Assembly (NCBI GenBank): GCA_051294905.1
Contig: CM119371.1
Span: 13,084,001-13,148,000, forward strand
Reading direction: 5' to 3'
Length of the DNA: 64,000 nucleotides
Source: Botryllus schlosseri
Taxonomy: Eukaryota
Shown here one piece after another: positions 1-12,249 of this stretch (its first letter is position 1; every line of letters begins with the position of its first letter). Both the position numbers and the translations under genes were made by a program. A model generated the notes under the pieces. The model searched no databases and was not told the DNA's origin. It worked only from the letters and a program-made list of their open reading frames with translations.

Positions 1-480
1 CGGACAATCTTGATGGTAAGTCAAGAAATAACAGCATGCAACAAAGTGACTAATCACAATTGGCCCACCCGAAGATGCATCATCATTTAGGCCTATAACT
101 TGTCCAAAATTTTCGAAAAGCACACCCTCCACCAAATCTACAGGTAAATCCGATCACATGGGATGAGAAATAATATAAAAAAGACTATTATTTATGACGC
201 AATTTATAGGTGAATCTGAAAATATTTTCGCGCTTCGCGCGATTATGTACGACGCCATGACCAGTGACCAGTGACCACTCGCGAAGTTGGTGTGTATAGT
301 AAGCCTATGTGATTAAATAGATAGTTATTCCGGAGTTCACCGGAAACGAACATAGACACTTTTACATATGGGTATTTGGCGTCCAGATAATTCGTTACGA
401 CTATGTCCTGGAATGCGGCCGTATAGGCCTCATGAGTAGTGGAAATGCGCCCGTGAATGGCAAAAATGTTGACCACCCAT
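1..480. mobile_element. Fragment of a non-autonomous hAT-like DNA transposon family (other copies about 39482-39960 inverted and about 44190-44569)
   Basis: Blocks such as gtcaagaaata..gcatgcaacaaa..gactaat and ctggaatgcggc..gtag..gaaatgc..ccgtgaat recur at 44197-44569 and in reverse at 39482-39960; those copies have CAGGGGTG termini. Edges approximate. Confidence 0.55.
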
Positions 481-557
481 GTACTAAACCCTAATGAATT
501 GATATCTTGGTAAATTTGAGGTAGCGGGCTTATCGAACGCCTTGAAATCCTAATTAA

Positions 558-871
558 GGAGGGTGGTAGTCTCAATATTAAAATCAATAAATGTGATAGT
601 AAATCGCGCGCAGCGGGAAGAAAAATATCATGCATCAGCATAAATATTCCCCAAAAAATATTGTTTTTATGCTGATTTACGAAAAAGTTATGAGCCTACG
701 TCAAGTCTTCAAAATTCCGGACATTTTGCATATTTTAGAAATTCATAAAACTCGGTATATCAGTGAACTACACGGGCGTTTTCTGATATTCGTCCTCTAA
801 TGTAGACAAAATCCAATATCATATCATATCATCTCATTCAAATAGTAATAATGTCAGTGCACCAGGCCCCT
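558..871. mobile_element. Possible TTAA-flanked (Kolobok-like) non-autonomous element
   Basis: TTAA at 554-557 and 872-875, with purine-rich, imperfect inverted ends (ggagggtggt / accaggcccct). The TIR match is weak. Confidence 0.3.
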
Positions 872-979
872 TTAACTGTGCCGGTGAATGTTAGTAAATC
901 GGCATTGCTACATACAATGCCAGTGCAGAGAGGTAGCAAGCGTTACTCCAAAACACCGGCGAAGGTTGCGAGCTAGAGC

Positions 980-1860
980 AAAATTTTATTTGTCTTGGGC
1001 ATTAAATTCGAAAGAAGACAAACTAAATATGTAGCGTTAGGTCAAAATTTGTCAAAATTGTTTACAAAGTCAAACATTTTTTGACCTCTGCATTTCGTTT
1101 GTATCGTATATTTTGCGCTGTCGGTGAACTTATCATTTCATATTTTACAGCTTGTAGCCTACTTTATAGGCCTACCGTTGTAAACGGACCATCGTCTGCT
1201 CATTGTGAATCATAAATGGTCAAATGAAACAAATAGTGACATGGTTTTATGGTCAACGCACCGCAATATCCTAGCTGAAGCAAGACTGCTTGGACATTGC
1301 ATGGTTCTTATATCAAGAAGCGCAAGCTGAAAAATTGTGATATAGACAACATTGTCAGAATGAAGCAACACGGTTTGTCACCAGCAGTGTGCACACAACT
1401 TGAGTGTTGTCAGCCAACAAATGCTGCTATTGAACGTTCTTTCTCCGTTCTTGGCAAGCTACGTAGTAAGGACAGACACTTTCTACCCGAGAATGTAGGA
1501 AAGGATCTTTCGTTGTACTACAACAAATTTTGATTATTTCCACCAGAATACGTAATGTAACTACTGGAATTCTTCATAGGGCCAGATTTCGTTAAAATAC
1601 TAGTTTTTCATGTAAAAATTTGTCAGTTTTTGAGCCAAAAACGTTTTTTCATGCCAATCTACTTTGTAAGGACAGACAGTTCCAACCAGAAATGAAGATA
1701 AGTAGTACAATTTTAACATTACATGCGAAAACACATAATTTGCATACGTGAGGTCGAAATTTGGTCAAATTTCAGATTTTTCAGGTCAATAAAGGTCAAA
1801 ATTTAGATTTTTTAGGTCAAAATCTTCCGTTTTTTAGGTCACAAAAAATTGCCTTCATGA
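980..1860 (+). mobile_element. hAT-derived element with a remnant of the transposase C-terminal dimerization region (1297-1533)
   Basis: ORF 1297-1533 contains CQPTNAAIERSFSVLGKLRSKDRHFLPENV, matching the hAT C-terminal P-x-T/S-x-x-x-x-ER-x-FS motif. Subterminal aggtcaaa repeats. Related copies lie at about 21910-22720, 13170-13500 and, inverted, 9460-9700. Confidence 0.7.
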
Positions 1861-2098
1861 TGAGTAATGGTGACCCCAGAAAATGTTAAGTCGTCACTAT
1901 GCTACCTGTTGCCGCACTGATGGTATACGGTGCTAACTGTGAATACTCATTTTTGAAGTCAAATTGTCTTTAATTAATTGAAAACCGACTGTCGAAAACA
2001 TACCTGATGACCTTTGTCGTGATATAATCCATTTAATTATTGGGTGATGCGCAAATAGCCTCACAGCAAGTGTAGAGAGCTCACTCTTTTCTTTTTAG

Positions 2099-2327
2099 GC
2101 GATGCATCAAACAACAAGGTTTTGCAGAAGACAAGCAAAACGAGATTTACGGAATGAAAGGGACCATAAACAGTAGCTACGATGATCCAAATCCAACTGC
2201 TGACGATTCTGCAAGCGACGGTAATCCATACTCGGTGGAAAGTACGCATACGTTCGCGCAACAGTTTATGGACATCGATGCAGCCAATAAAATTATGAAA
2301 GAAAACATTATTTAGATGAAACTGTGA
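2099..2327 (+). CDS. Terminal cytoplasmic exon of receptor paralog D (upstream exons not found, probably left of the window); TAG at the last Tyr codon
   Basis: Strong acceptor ctcttttctttttag|g, phase 2. Reads RCIKQQGFAEDKQNEIYGMKGTINSSYDDPNPTADDSASDGNPYSVESTHTFAQQFMDIDAANKIMKENII*(TAG 2313-15)MKL*(TGA 2325-27). Aligns to exon 23904-24153 (AENKENVLY, NP, HTF, MKENIIYGTR*). Confidence 0.8.
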
Positions 2328-4015
2328 ATTGTCCATTGCAACTTTAACTTTTCGTATTTTAAAATTCTATCAGCATTTTGTAGCATGCCTTTGGTGGCAA
2401 TCGATCCCAACGTGACCTAGATAGCCTACATAGCTTCAGCGAGAGTCCAATGCTACATTTCATGTAATTTATTAGCTGCAATCCGAATACGGTGGCTTTA
2501 TAAAGAAAATGCTGGCTGCAACCAATTTTTAGCAACATATTTATATCCCATTGCCTCCTAAATATTATGATCATATCTACTTAATTGGTTTTTATGATGA
2601 AAACGTAGACCATCACTGAATCAAATGGAATATCCTACGTTTACGCATTTCTGGCATTTGATTCACCAAATGATTAAGTCGGGCCTACAGCAATACCACA
2701 TGCTGTTGCATGTCGACGATGTCATCATCAATCAAGGTCAGGACCTACGTGTCGATTCCATGATTATGAGTAGTTCAGATTGGGTATTCGGATAAAATAG
2801 TATGTGAATATCCCTTCCATTTTTCAGCTTCTCAAATAAATGTTTGTGATTCGACCGAGACGACATCTCACCATCAATCGCAAAATGTAATCTGATTTGA
2901 TGTAATACGACTTTTATATCGAAAAGAACGTGGTCTCTCACATTCACGAACTGGCATTAAATTTCTGCATTTTAATATTTGCAATGTGATGTCTCTGGAA
3001 TATAAAAGTATGTGCTACATATCTCCGATATCGATTTAAAGCTTTTATACATGATGGGCTTGAAAATTTCGGCAGTTGTCATAGGTGTGGTTGTGGTGAT
3101 CATAATTGACCCTAATAGCATCGCAAGAGTGAGGTAATGGGGGCCGCCGAGTCAAGAGTCCCACCTTCCAGACATTCATAACTATAACCTTTTGCAATAT
3201 ATATATATATATACGAAGAGCTTCTTGGAGGTACAGAACTTCAATGAACAATTAAAAGTATATTCATATTGAAATGAACCCTGATGAGTGTTAGCCGAAA
3301 ATAGTCGAGTTCATTCATATTTATGTTGCTGAATTCCATCACTTTACTAGTGCTAGAATAATCGCTGCATTGTGATGGTGAATGATAGAAACTGCAACTA
3401 ATGACCAGGCATTGTGGAATATTTCCGTGCAGCTTCAGTATTGCCATTAAGACAGGAAACGGCTTCCACTTTCGCATCTTATTACGGGTCAGGTTGCGCT
3501 GCCAGATTTGAGCACGTCTGTGTGTTATTGTCAGAGTGAACTTGAGGAAGCAATAAGTAATATTATTTCTTTTAGGATCAAATCACGACTGTACATACAT
3601 ATATTCGCTCTGCGTTTGCAAATGCAGCGTGAACATTTGAGCTATGAAATGATACCTTTATGCGTTTCGGGAATTCGCGACTCACCGGAGAACGATGATA
3701 CGTCCGAACGTGCAATTTGCCATCATAGTATATTGGCGTAAAAGATTCGATAAACTTATGAATACATGTCCCTATTAGTGGGCGATACGGCTGAATGAGC
3801 ATCTTATATAGAAGGCGGCTAAAAGGTTTTATTTATATTTGCTGTGATTTATAATACAAATATGCCATCTTGCAGTAACGGACTTAGCAGTGACCAGATT
3901 AAGTCTACACGTGAGAGTCAGGGATATCAAGGCCAGGATTGGTGCTGCTTTCAGTCACTGCACTTTATATGTTGTAACCTCTCAGTTAGTTGGTTTGTAA
4001 GGACGTGCCCTTTGT

Positions 4016-4452
4016 CAGCGGTTTCAAACCTTTTTCGACACATCGCACCCCTATCAAGATCAACACGTATTTATCGCCCCCGGCATAATTTTTCGATCCG
4101 ATAAAGAGGACATATTAACGGGAAATTTATACAGCTAACCCTGATCGCTGGTAAATTGACTGAAAACAGCTTTCGCGGGATCCCTCCAAATCCTGATATC
4201 TGAGATTATTTTGTGGCGAGTTGACTTTTTTTGTTAGTCAACTTCAGTTCCACAATAGCCCGTTTTTTTCGGGTGCATTTTATGCCGTTATCCGGTGGCC
4301 TGGTAATGAAATGTACCCGACTTGACGTTCCAACATTTTTTCCCCCAATTCTCTTCTTGGTATGCCCCCCCCAATTATCTCGAATTATTATATACGCCTC
4401 CTATTTCTATCGCATCCTGGGGAGGGGGAATCGCCCACGGTTGGAACCACTG
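4016..4452. mobile_element. hAT-type MITE
   Basis: Ends cagcggtttcaaacc ... ggttggaaccactg form an imperfect TIR; no clear TSD. Confidence 0.55.
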
Positions 4453-5483
4453 AATTAGATACTCTCGGTACTTGATGGATACTTGAGTAAATTATTGATC
4501 GTTGGTAGTCAAGTAGCAAGTTGAGAAGATGAGATAACGATCTCAAAACGAAATGGAAGTCGAAGTATAAAATGAAGCTTTGATAGTACCATAGTAAATA
4601 GCATCAATGGGTAGTGTCGGTCGAAATGTGGCATACCTCCAGCAATTATTCGAAGGTGAATAGAAATGAAATCACAGGCTGCATCGTTGCCGCAAAGGCA
4701 AAATGGTGAATATCTCTTCAAATGGGTGCAGGTTTCGAGCATGTATTCAATTACTTGGTACAGGGGGTATTTTGCAAAGTTTGTATATAAATTTATTATA
4801 GAAAAAATTGCTACCTACTTTGAAAATATTCACTGTAAAATAGTATGTGATTTTTCCTAACAAATGTTGGGCAGTATATGCAGAAACATCTAAAAAGATT
4901 GACGGATTGTGTAATTAGGCAAAAACTACTTGAATACTATGAGAAAAATGTTATTGTTTACTGATCAGTTCTGATCGGAGTTAACACAGAATATCTATAC
5001 TTATGCAGAATACGTAAATGGATTTTACTTTATATCAGCGCTATATACCATTGTTTCAATTTCGTGATTTTGGTTAGGGACGTTCAAAATTACTTCAATG
5101 ATAGCACAAACGTCATATTTCATGGAAAATATTAATGGTAGGCTAGTGATAAACAGCTATAAATTGACTTTTCCTGTACATAAACACACTATATGCAGAA
5201 ATTGGGTATGATTTTAATATTTTGAAGCGAATGTTGCAGCCGTTTTATTGTCTTGAGAATCCGCATCTTTGATTTAATATGAAATTATTAAAAAATTCAT
5301 TTCCACAAATATAGGTGGTGGGGAATGTAATAATAACGCACAACGCTTCCAACGACAGCTTTTCGTGTAGGTTTTCAATGATCATATAACGTTCAACCTA
5401 GCTCTTTCTAAGTTATTTCGCGGTCATATCATAGCAGAAAATGGAGTTCGTGGCGAGGTTGTAAATCCTTATTTGGAACATAT

Positions 5484-5738
5484 CGTCGCAGTGGAATCAA
5501 AGTATCTTATGTCCAGTTTTCAAATTTTGAAGCTCCCTTTTCCAAACTTGAAAAATATCGACTTTTCGAAGTTTTTTGTGTTTCTTTTCGTCATATCTTA
5601 GCCATGGTTATATCTGTCTCAGTGTATCAAAGTTAATCGGGGCCAATATATGGCTGAAATAAGATGAAAACTTCACTCAAAGTTAATTTTCCCAAAATTC
5701 GTAAAATGGACATAAGATACTTTGATTCCACTGCGACG
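5484..5738. mobile_element. 255-bp MITE with 32-bp perfect TIRs and ATAT flanks (Sola1-like target)
   Basis: cgtcgcagtggaatcaaagtatcttatgtcca at 5484-5515 is the exact reverse complement of 5707-5738; ATAT lies at 5480-5483 and 5739-5742. Confidence 0.8.
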
Positions 5739-7205
5739 ATATATTAAAATTAATATGAATTTGCACAGTAGTATATTTCATCTCTGTCGACCACATTAAT
5801 GACGTGAGTCTTGAAGTTTTACCAATAATAAATTGAAACTGTCTCGTGCTTTCCCTAATTTAAAGAAAAAATACAAATTAGGTTATCTTTCATTTCACTA
5901 ATTTAGAGGTTTCGCGGACCCCATGAAAACGCTTCGCGGACTTCCGTTGAGAACCACTAAAACAGACGTTCTACTTTTCTAAAGTATAAATTGAATTGTA
6001 TTTGCGCCTATAAGCGTGCTCAACAGAATTCTTGAGCTAGTTTGGTGATAGTCTTTCTATCGTAACTCATAATCGGACAGTGTGTTAGTGCATGCCTTCT
6101 TGCTGTAGGCTACGAAAGACAAGATACCGATTGGATGCACACTTTTTCCTTTGCAATCGTCTATAGTTCTTGTGGCGTGCTTGATGCACTCGTTTTCCTG
6201 AATTATCAGCATAATGTGATTTGTCAGTGGTCAATTCTATATGAGCAGTGCGCATTGTACACGGAAATGACTTTTGTTGTGAAATATTGATGCATCATGA
6301 GACTGCACAATTCCGAATTTATTCGATTCGTTTGAACGGGCAATCTTCTATACTCAAACAAATTGGTCGCTGGTGGGACTCTTATAGGGAGCAATAATAT
6401 CGAATTATAAACTGTTGGGCATTTGGTACACAGTAGATTTATATTGACAAAATCGCGGCAAGCACCCGGTATTGGAATTACTTCTAGCTCATAATCGCTA
6501 CTTTAAATGAAAATTGGACGTGACGTGATATATTTTCACGGCATATACACACCGATATAATCCAATAATGTTTTGCGAACGTTAATCGGGCAATGCAGCG
6601 AGTCTGCCAATATGGCTGTTTTAATCTGCAAACAATTGCCGCGATGCGAGCTGCTCAACGCGAAGTCAGAAACCCATTTTCTTGGCCGTAAGAGACAATT
6701 ACTGATTGGTCTCGTGGTTTCGTGTTTGTAATCATAATTCTGTCTGCTTGCTTGAAATCTTCAGTTGCCGCGTATTGCGTACATGCCAGTGCTTGATATA
6801 TTTCGTTACTCACGCGGCGCATTATGCGTGAATTAAATTGATGCGACACAAAATTCGCAGTGACGTGCATTCCAATTTTATTTGATGCATTTAAATGGGA
6901 ACATTCTATATTCCAATAAATCGATCACCGTCGGACTGACTGAAGACGCAGTTCTACTTTTGAATGATTGTAGGCTTATGTTTTAAGATTCCATTTATCA
7001 ACCCGACTGTATGGCTTGATTTTAATGAGTACAGGACCGGTGTTAAAACGTCATAGGAGTGGTTTAAAGCTCAGCGGTATGTAGTAAAGTGCGTTCTAGT
7101 GCGACCATGACGTCACCGACATGGAATGATTATGACGTAGCAAGAATCTGCCACCTCGTACAGATATAAATGTTGGCGCCTACTCCTATACTATATTAAT
7201 AACCA

Positions 7206-7620
7206 CAGAAGTGGTCAGTAACGAAGTACTTTTGCTTTTGTGAAGTACTCAAGTAGTGTTTCGCTATTTTGGTACTTACTCAAGTAGATCTAAGTTTCCG
7301 CTACTTCAACCTCGTAATATTTTGTGATCTACGTACTTCTTTCCGCTATTTACAGTTTGTAAAATAGAAGTAGTTAGATCCTTAAATTAGAAAGATAGCC
7401 TTAGAAATTTTGTGGCTGTTTTCACGTTGTATCAACATTTAATTTTCATTAAAGTTAAGTAAGGCCCAGAGTTTTCGTTGCACTTCGCGCACAGTAGGCT
7501 AATAAGACTACACGAATGTAACGGTAAATACAATTTAGGTGGCGGGTTTGAGTGGTTCCTTTCACAACGCAATGTTGCCCGCGTGAAATATTTCATCACA
7601 CTAAATACGACTCGTCATAA
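7206..7620 (-). mobile_element. Partial copy of the CAGAGGTGGTCA-TIR element (full copy at 40513-41768)
   Basis: cagaagtggtcagtaacgaagtactttt.. is the reverse complement of the right end of 40513-41768. Further fragments at about 18842-19200 and 46550-46830. Confidence 0.6.
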
Positions 7621-8151
7621 CGATTGAAACTATCATTTCGCAATCTAGCATTTACCTGTCATATCGTAATCTAGCAGCCCATAGCGTGTCCCAATCTGGA
7701 AAAGAGGATTGTGACTTTTTCTCAACTTTACACCTGTTTTAGCAGACCACGGTTGAACCTTTCGGGACAAAAAACATCGAATATATTTAACGGTTTTTAG
7801 AAGTAATATTGATATTTCTCTTTCAAATCCCTGGATCATCACTCGCTGTCAGTTCCATAAACAAACTATTGGGCCCATTTATCTTCACGGGTGCTCGTGT
7901 GCATACGAGTGAAAAAATCAAGCAATATTCTCCATCGTATTAACTCATTTTCTAATTGAAAGCAGTGGATTAACTTGGTATAAATGCTGATCGGTGACTG
8001 TTTTGATATTAGGTAATGAGTTATATTTATTTGCCGTTATAGTTCGAAACAATTTTAAACATGGCACATTTTAACTCCATTTAAAACCCCTGTTCACGTT
8101 TTTTCATTAGCACAGGGGTGCCCAACAATTCTGCTATTCGATTACTAATAT

Positions 8152-9060
8152 CAGTGGTTCTTAACCTTTTTCTTCCAGCGCCCCCTTTCAAAAATTATCG
8201 TGCTCCAGCGCCCCCCCAACTTCATATTGTAAGGAATGTAATAAAGACAATGAGTTAGAGGGGGGCCGTAACAGCACTTCGTCAACCCCCCTAAAAATGA
8301 TTGCCTTGCGCACCCATAGCGTGATAAACTGAACCTCTGAGGGCTTCGCCCCCACGAACTCCATATCGTGATTTCGATGGTCAGCAAAGTTTGTGTGGCC
8401 TGGTCGCCCTAAGTACCAAAATTTTGTATAATGCATGAATGAATAGGTGGTAATTACATATATAAGTCGCTATAAACTTTTTATCCTCTCAGCCCACTTA
8501 ATCAGATTTACCAGTAGCACTGAGTGAGCTGTTGTATAGGAAAATAAAGGTCACGTAATTAGTAATTAAACATATTCGTTACCAGGGCCGTAGCAGTACT
8601 TCGTCAGCCCCCTCCAAACAAAAAACGTTGGTCCAGGACCCTCGTCGGGTGATAAACAAAACTTCCGGGGGACTTCACTCCAAAAGCCCACTTACGCTGT
8701 CCGCTATTTCATGATAGCCTATTATGTTTCTACATTGGGTGTTCATTTACGTATTCTCGCCAAGTAGCGCAAGGCGCAAAAAATTTCATCTATTAATGAT
8801 TAAATTGGTCAATATCATCGGGAATTGCATGTAAATTGAGATCAATTTTTATCCTCTCTCTGCTCACGTAAACACATTTACCGGTAGGGCTGAGTGAGGT
8901 GCAATGTTCCCTCTAATCTGCGCACGTGCGCAGTGCTGACACGGTCTCTGCGCACAGAAAATCTGCGTTGCAACAAATTCGAAGTTATTACCTTTTTTTA
9001 GTCGTTACGCACTGTTGTCCAAGGGTCAGCGCAGTGAGTTGTTGAGTGTTACGTGTTCAC
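8152..9060 (+). mobile_element. 3'-truncated copy of the hAT MITE at 10721-12249
   Basis: Colinear, highly similar sequence to 10721-11650, including the nested CAATGTTC element; the right end is missing. Confidence 0.85.
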
Positions 9061-9726
9061 AGCCGCCGGTTGCCCACCAATGTCGAAAAGCAAAAACTAA
9101 ACATGATAGAAGAATACCAGCGTGATTTCTTTTGGAATCACCTCACCAAAATTAGCCTAAATCAAGTGCAAAATCGAAGTTTTTTTTAATTAAAGAGTAT
9201 TCTACGTATCATGAATGAAACTTGAATAGCTTGAGATTGTTGCTAATGTCGTCACTACGGTTGTCAAAGAACACCTCTCTACGGAATCAATTACACGTTT
9301 AACAGTAATTGTAATTGCAATTGTATTTCATATTTTTAGCATTGAGTAATTGAATTGTAATGTAATTGAACCGTGTAAGGGAGTAATTGAAATTGTAATT
9401 GATCTGAATTATTGTAATTCATCCAACTCTAATGTCAACCTTTTTATTTCATTTGAATGTTCATGATTCACAATGAGCAGACAATTGGCCGTCTACAACG
9501 CTAGGCCTATGAAGTAGGCTACAAACTGTAATATGTCAAATGATAAGTTCGCCGAAAGTGCAAAATCTACGATACAAACGAAATGCAGGTTCCAAAAAAA
9601 GTTTTAACTTTGTTAACAATTATGAAATTTTTTGATCTTTCGCTTCAATTTTGAACTAATTTTCACTTTTTTTACCATTACAAAAAAAATCGCCTTACTT
9701 ATGATCTATGGGTTAGTACTACGTAC

Positions 9727-10637
9727 CAGTGTTGGAGTGACTCGAGTCAAACTCGAGTCACCTTTTTCGTATGACTTGACTTAACTCAAGTCACTTTACT
9801 AAAATGACTTGACTTGACTCGACGTATCAAAAATGTGAATTGACTCGTGACTCGTATCAAAATTCACGAGTCAATTTCAAGACATCAAGTAATCGGTGTC
9901 GATAAAAATCACTGTATCTTGCATATGTTCGGATTGTTCGCGAAACGCTCGTGTAACCTTTGAAAGCGAACAATCGATCAATGATCGAGCGTTTCACTGA
10001 TCCTCGATTGTTCTCTCATAAATAAATTGACCGCAAACGAAGTGATCGACGCTTACAACTTGAGTTGTCGTTAACTCTAGTAGTAGAGAAATAAAATAGA
10101 AAAATGTTTATTGCTGTTCTCTGTTCTTTTATCTTCACCAAACCTCTTGTTTTATTTAAATTGGATTCGAATATAGTTTAAATTGTCCTCAACGCATGCT
10201 CAAATTGTATCATATCTATTTGTAAATGGGCAATGTATTGTATCTTATCAACTCGTTTCTCTATTCTCTATTTTGGCTGGTAACTATAAACTGAGGTTAT
10301 GCAATTACTTGCGTCGTTTAAAAGTACTACGTATATGTGAGCGATGCAGCGCCTTCTTGCGTATATATTTAACTCTATATTCGCTCATCGGTTTGGAATC
10401 AATGACCACTCAATCTGTATTTCAGACAGCTAGCAAATTGCATTGACGTAATCATGACTCATACTTCGAAAAGGCAACTTGACTTGAAATGTGACTTGAC
10501 TCATGATTTGACTTGAATTAACTCGACTTGACTCGAGTCACCTCCAAAAATCGAGTGACTTGACTTGACTCGAGTCAAAATGTGCAATGACTCGAAATGA
10601 ATCGTGACTCGAAGGTAGTGACTTGTTCCCAACACTG
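9727..10637. mobile_element. hAT (Ac-type) MITE with GACTTGACTCGAGTC subterminal repeats
   Basis: TIR cagtgttgg...ccaacactg; perfect 8-bp TSD CTACGTAC at 9719-9726 and 10638-10645. Related fragments at about 31370-31520, 37095-37200 and 47975-48480. Confidence 0.9.
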
Positions 10638-10720
10638 CTACGTACCAATACTGTACTTGGTCGTTAGCCAGGCCCATCGTTTAGTGACCTTGCCAATTAG
10701 TCTCTTCCCTCGATCTATAG

Positions 10721-12249
10721 CAGTGATTCTTAACCTTTTTTCTTCCAGCGCCCCCTTTCAAAAATTATCGTGCTCCAGCGCCCCCTACCCCACAACTTCA
10801 TATTGTAAGGAATGTAATAAAGACAATGAGTAAGAGGGAGGGCCGTAGCAGCACTTCGTTAACCCCCCTAAAACGATTGCCTTGCGCACCCATAGCGTGA
10901 TAAACCGAACTTCTGAGGGCTTCGCCCTCACGAACCCCATATCGTGATTTTGATGGTCAGCAAAGTTTGTGTGGCCTGGTCGCCCTAGGTACCAAAATTT
11001 TCCATAATGCATGAATGAATAGGTGGTAATTACATATATAAGTCGCTATAAACTTTTTATGCTGTCCGCCCACGTAATCAGATTTACCAGTAGCACTGAG
11101 TGAGCTGTTGTATAGGAAAATAAAGGGCACGTAATTACTAATTAAACATATTCGGGCGTGCCCGCAGGTACAATTATTCGTTACCAGGGCCATAACAGCA
11201 CTTCGTCAGCCCCCCCCCAAACAAAAAACGTTGGTCCTGGGCCCCAATCGGGTGATAAACCAAACTTCCGGGGGACTTCACTCCCAGACCCCCATTAGGC
11301 TGTCCGCTATTTGCTGATAGCCTATTAGGTATCTACATTGGGTGTCCATTTACTGAGGCAGCTTTTCTCGCCTATTCGCGCGAAGTGCGAAAAATTTCAC
11401 TAATTATTGATTGAATTGGTCAATATCATCGGGAATTGCATGTAAATTGAGATCAATTTTTATCCTCTCTCTGCTCACGTAAACACATTTACTGGTAGAG
11501 CTGAGTGAGGTGCAATGTTCCCTCTAAGCTGCGCACGTGCGCAGTGCTGACACGGTCTCTGCACACAGAAAATCTACGTTGCGCACAACAAATCCGGAGA
11601 TATTACCTTTTTGTCCAAGGGTCAGCGCAGTGAGTTGCTGCGAGTGTGCGCAGACTCATCAAAACTTAAAGCGAACATTGTGAGGTTTCTTGGAAACTGT
11701 AGGGCCCGTTACTAATAATTAAACATATTCGGGCGGGCGAACCCGTTGGTATGACTTCGTTGCATGATGTTATTTCGTGACCCCCTGTCTGCAATATCAA
11801 AAAATATAGAATCGCTCAACGGGGATATCGCCCAACAGGAATATCCCTGTCGCCCAATCATACTAAACTAAAAGACGCACACGATTTCAGATTGGTATTT
11901 CTTCACTGACATATAATTTTTCCCTGCCAGATGGAATTCGTCTTCTGGGGTTCAGATTGCCAAGACAGGAACATTCGCTGTCAGTCATTTAGGCACCCAT
12001 GGACAATTAAACCTATATGTATTTTGAAGGCTATATGTAACGAAGTTTTCGGTGTTAATTTGCTCTGAATACTCATTAAGGATATGTCCTATCACCACAT
12101 CATCTACTGCGAAGCCATTTTTCTCCAGCGCCCCCCATACCGCCCCCCTGAGCCCAGCGCCCCCCATATCGCCCCCTGAGCGTTTCCGCCCCTCTTCAAG
12201 ATCGCCAGCGCCCCCTGGGGGGCGCTGGGGGCAAGGTTAAGAACCACTG
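10721..12249. mobile_element. hAT (Buster/Charlie-type) non-autonomous element, 1529 bp
   Basis: TIR cagtgattcttaacctt...aaggttaagaaccactg; perfect TSD ATCTATAG at 10713-10720 and 12250-12257; subterminal cgccccc repeats. Confidence 0.92.
11513..11680. mobile_element. Small MITE nested in 10721-12249
   Basis: TIR caatgttc...gaacattg flanked by near-duplicated (g)tgaggt; other copies at about 8902-9060 and 34330-34505. Confidence 0.7.

Noticed and set aside
243..641. 132-aa ORF, and similar ORF-track entries such as 20067-20525, 48230-48541, 54027-54428 and 63507-63815
   Set aside because: They overlap repeats or MITEs or lack recognisable motifs and splice support; treated as chance ORFs.
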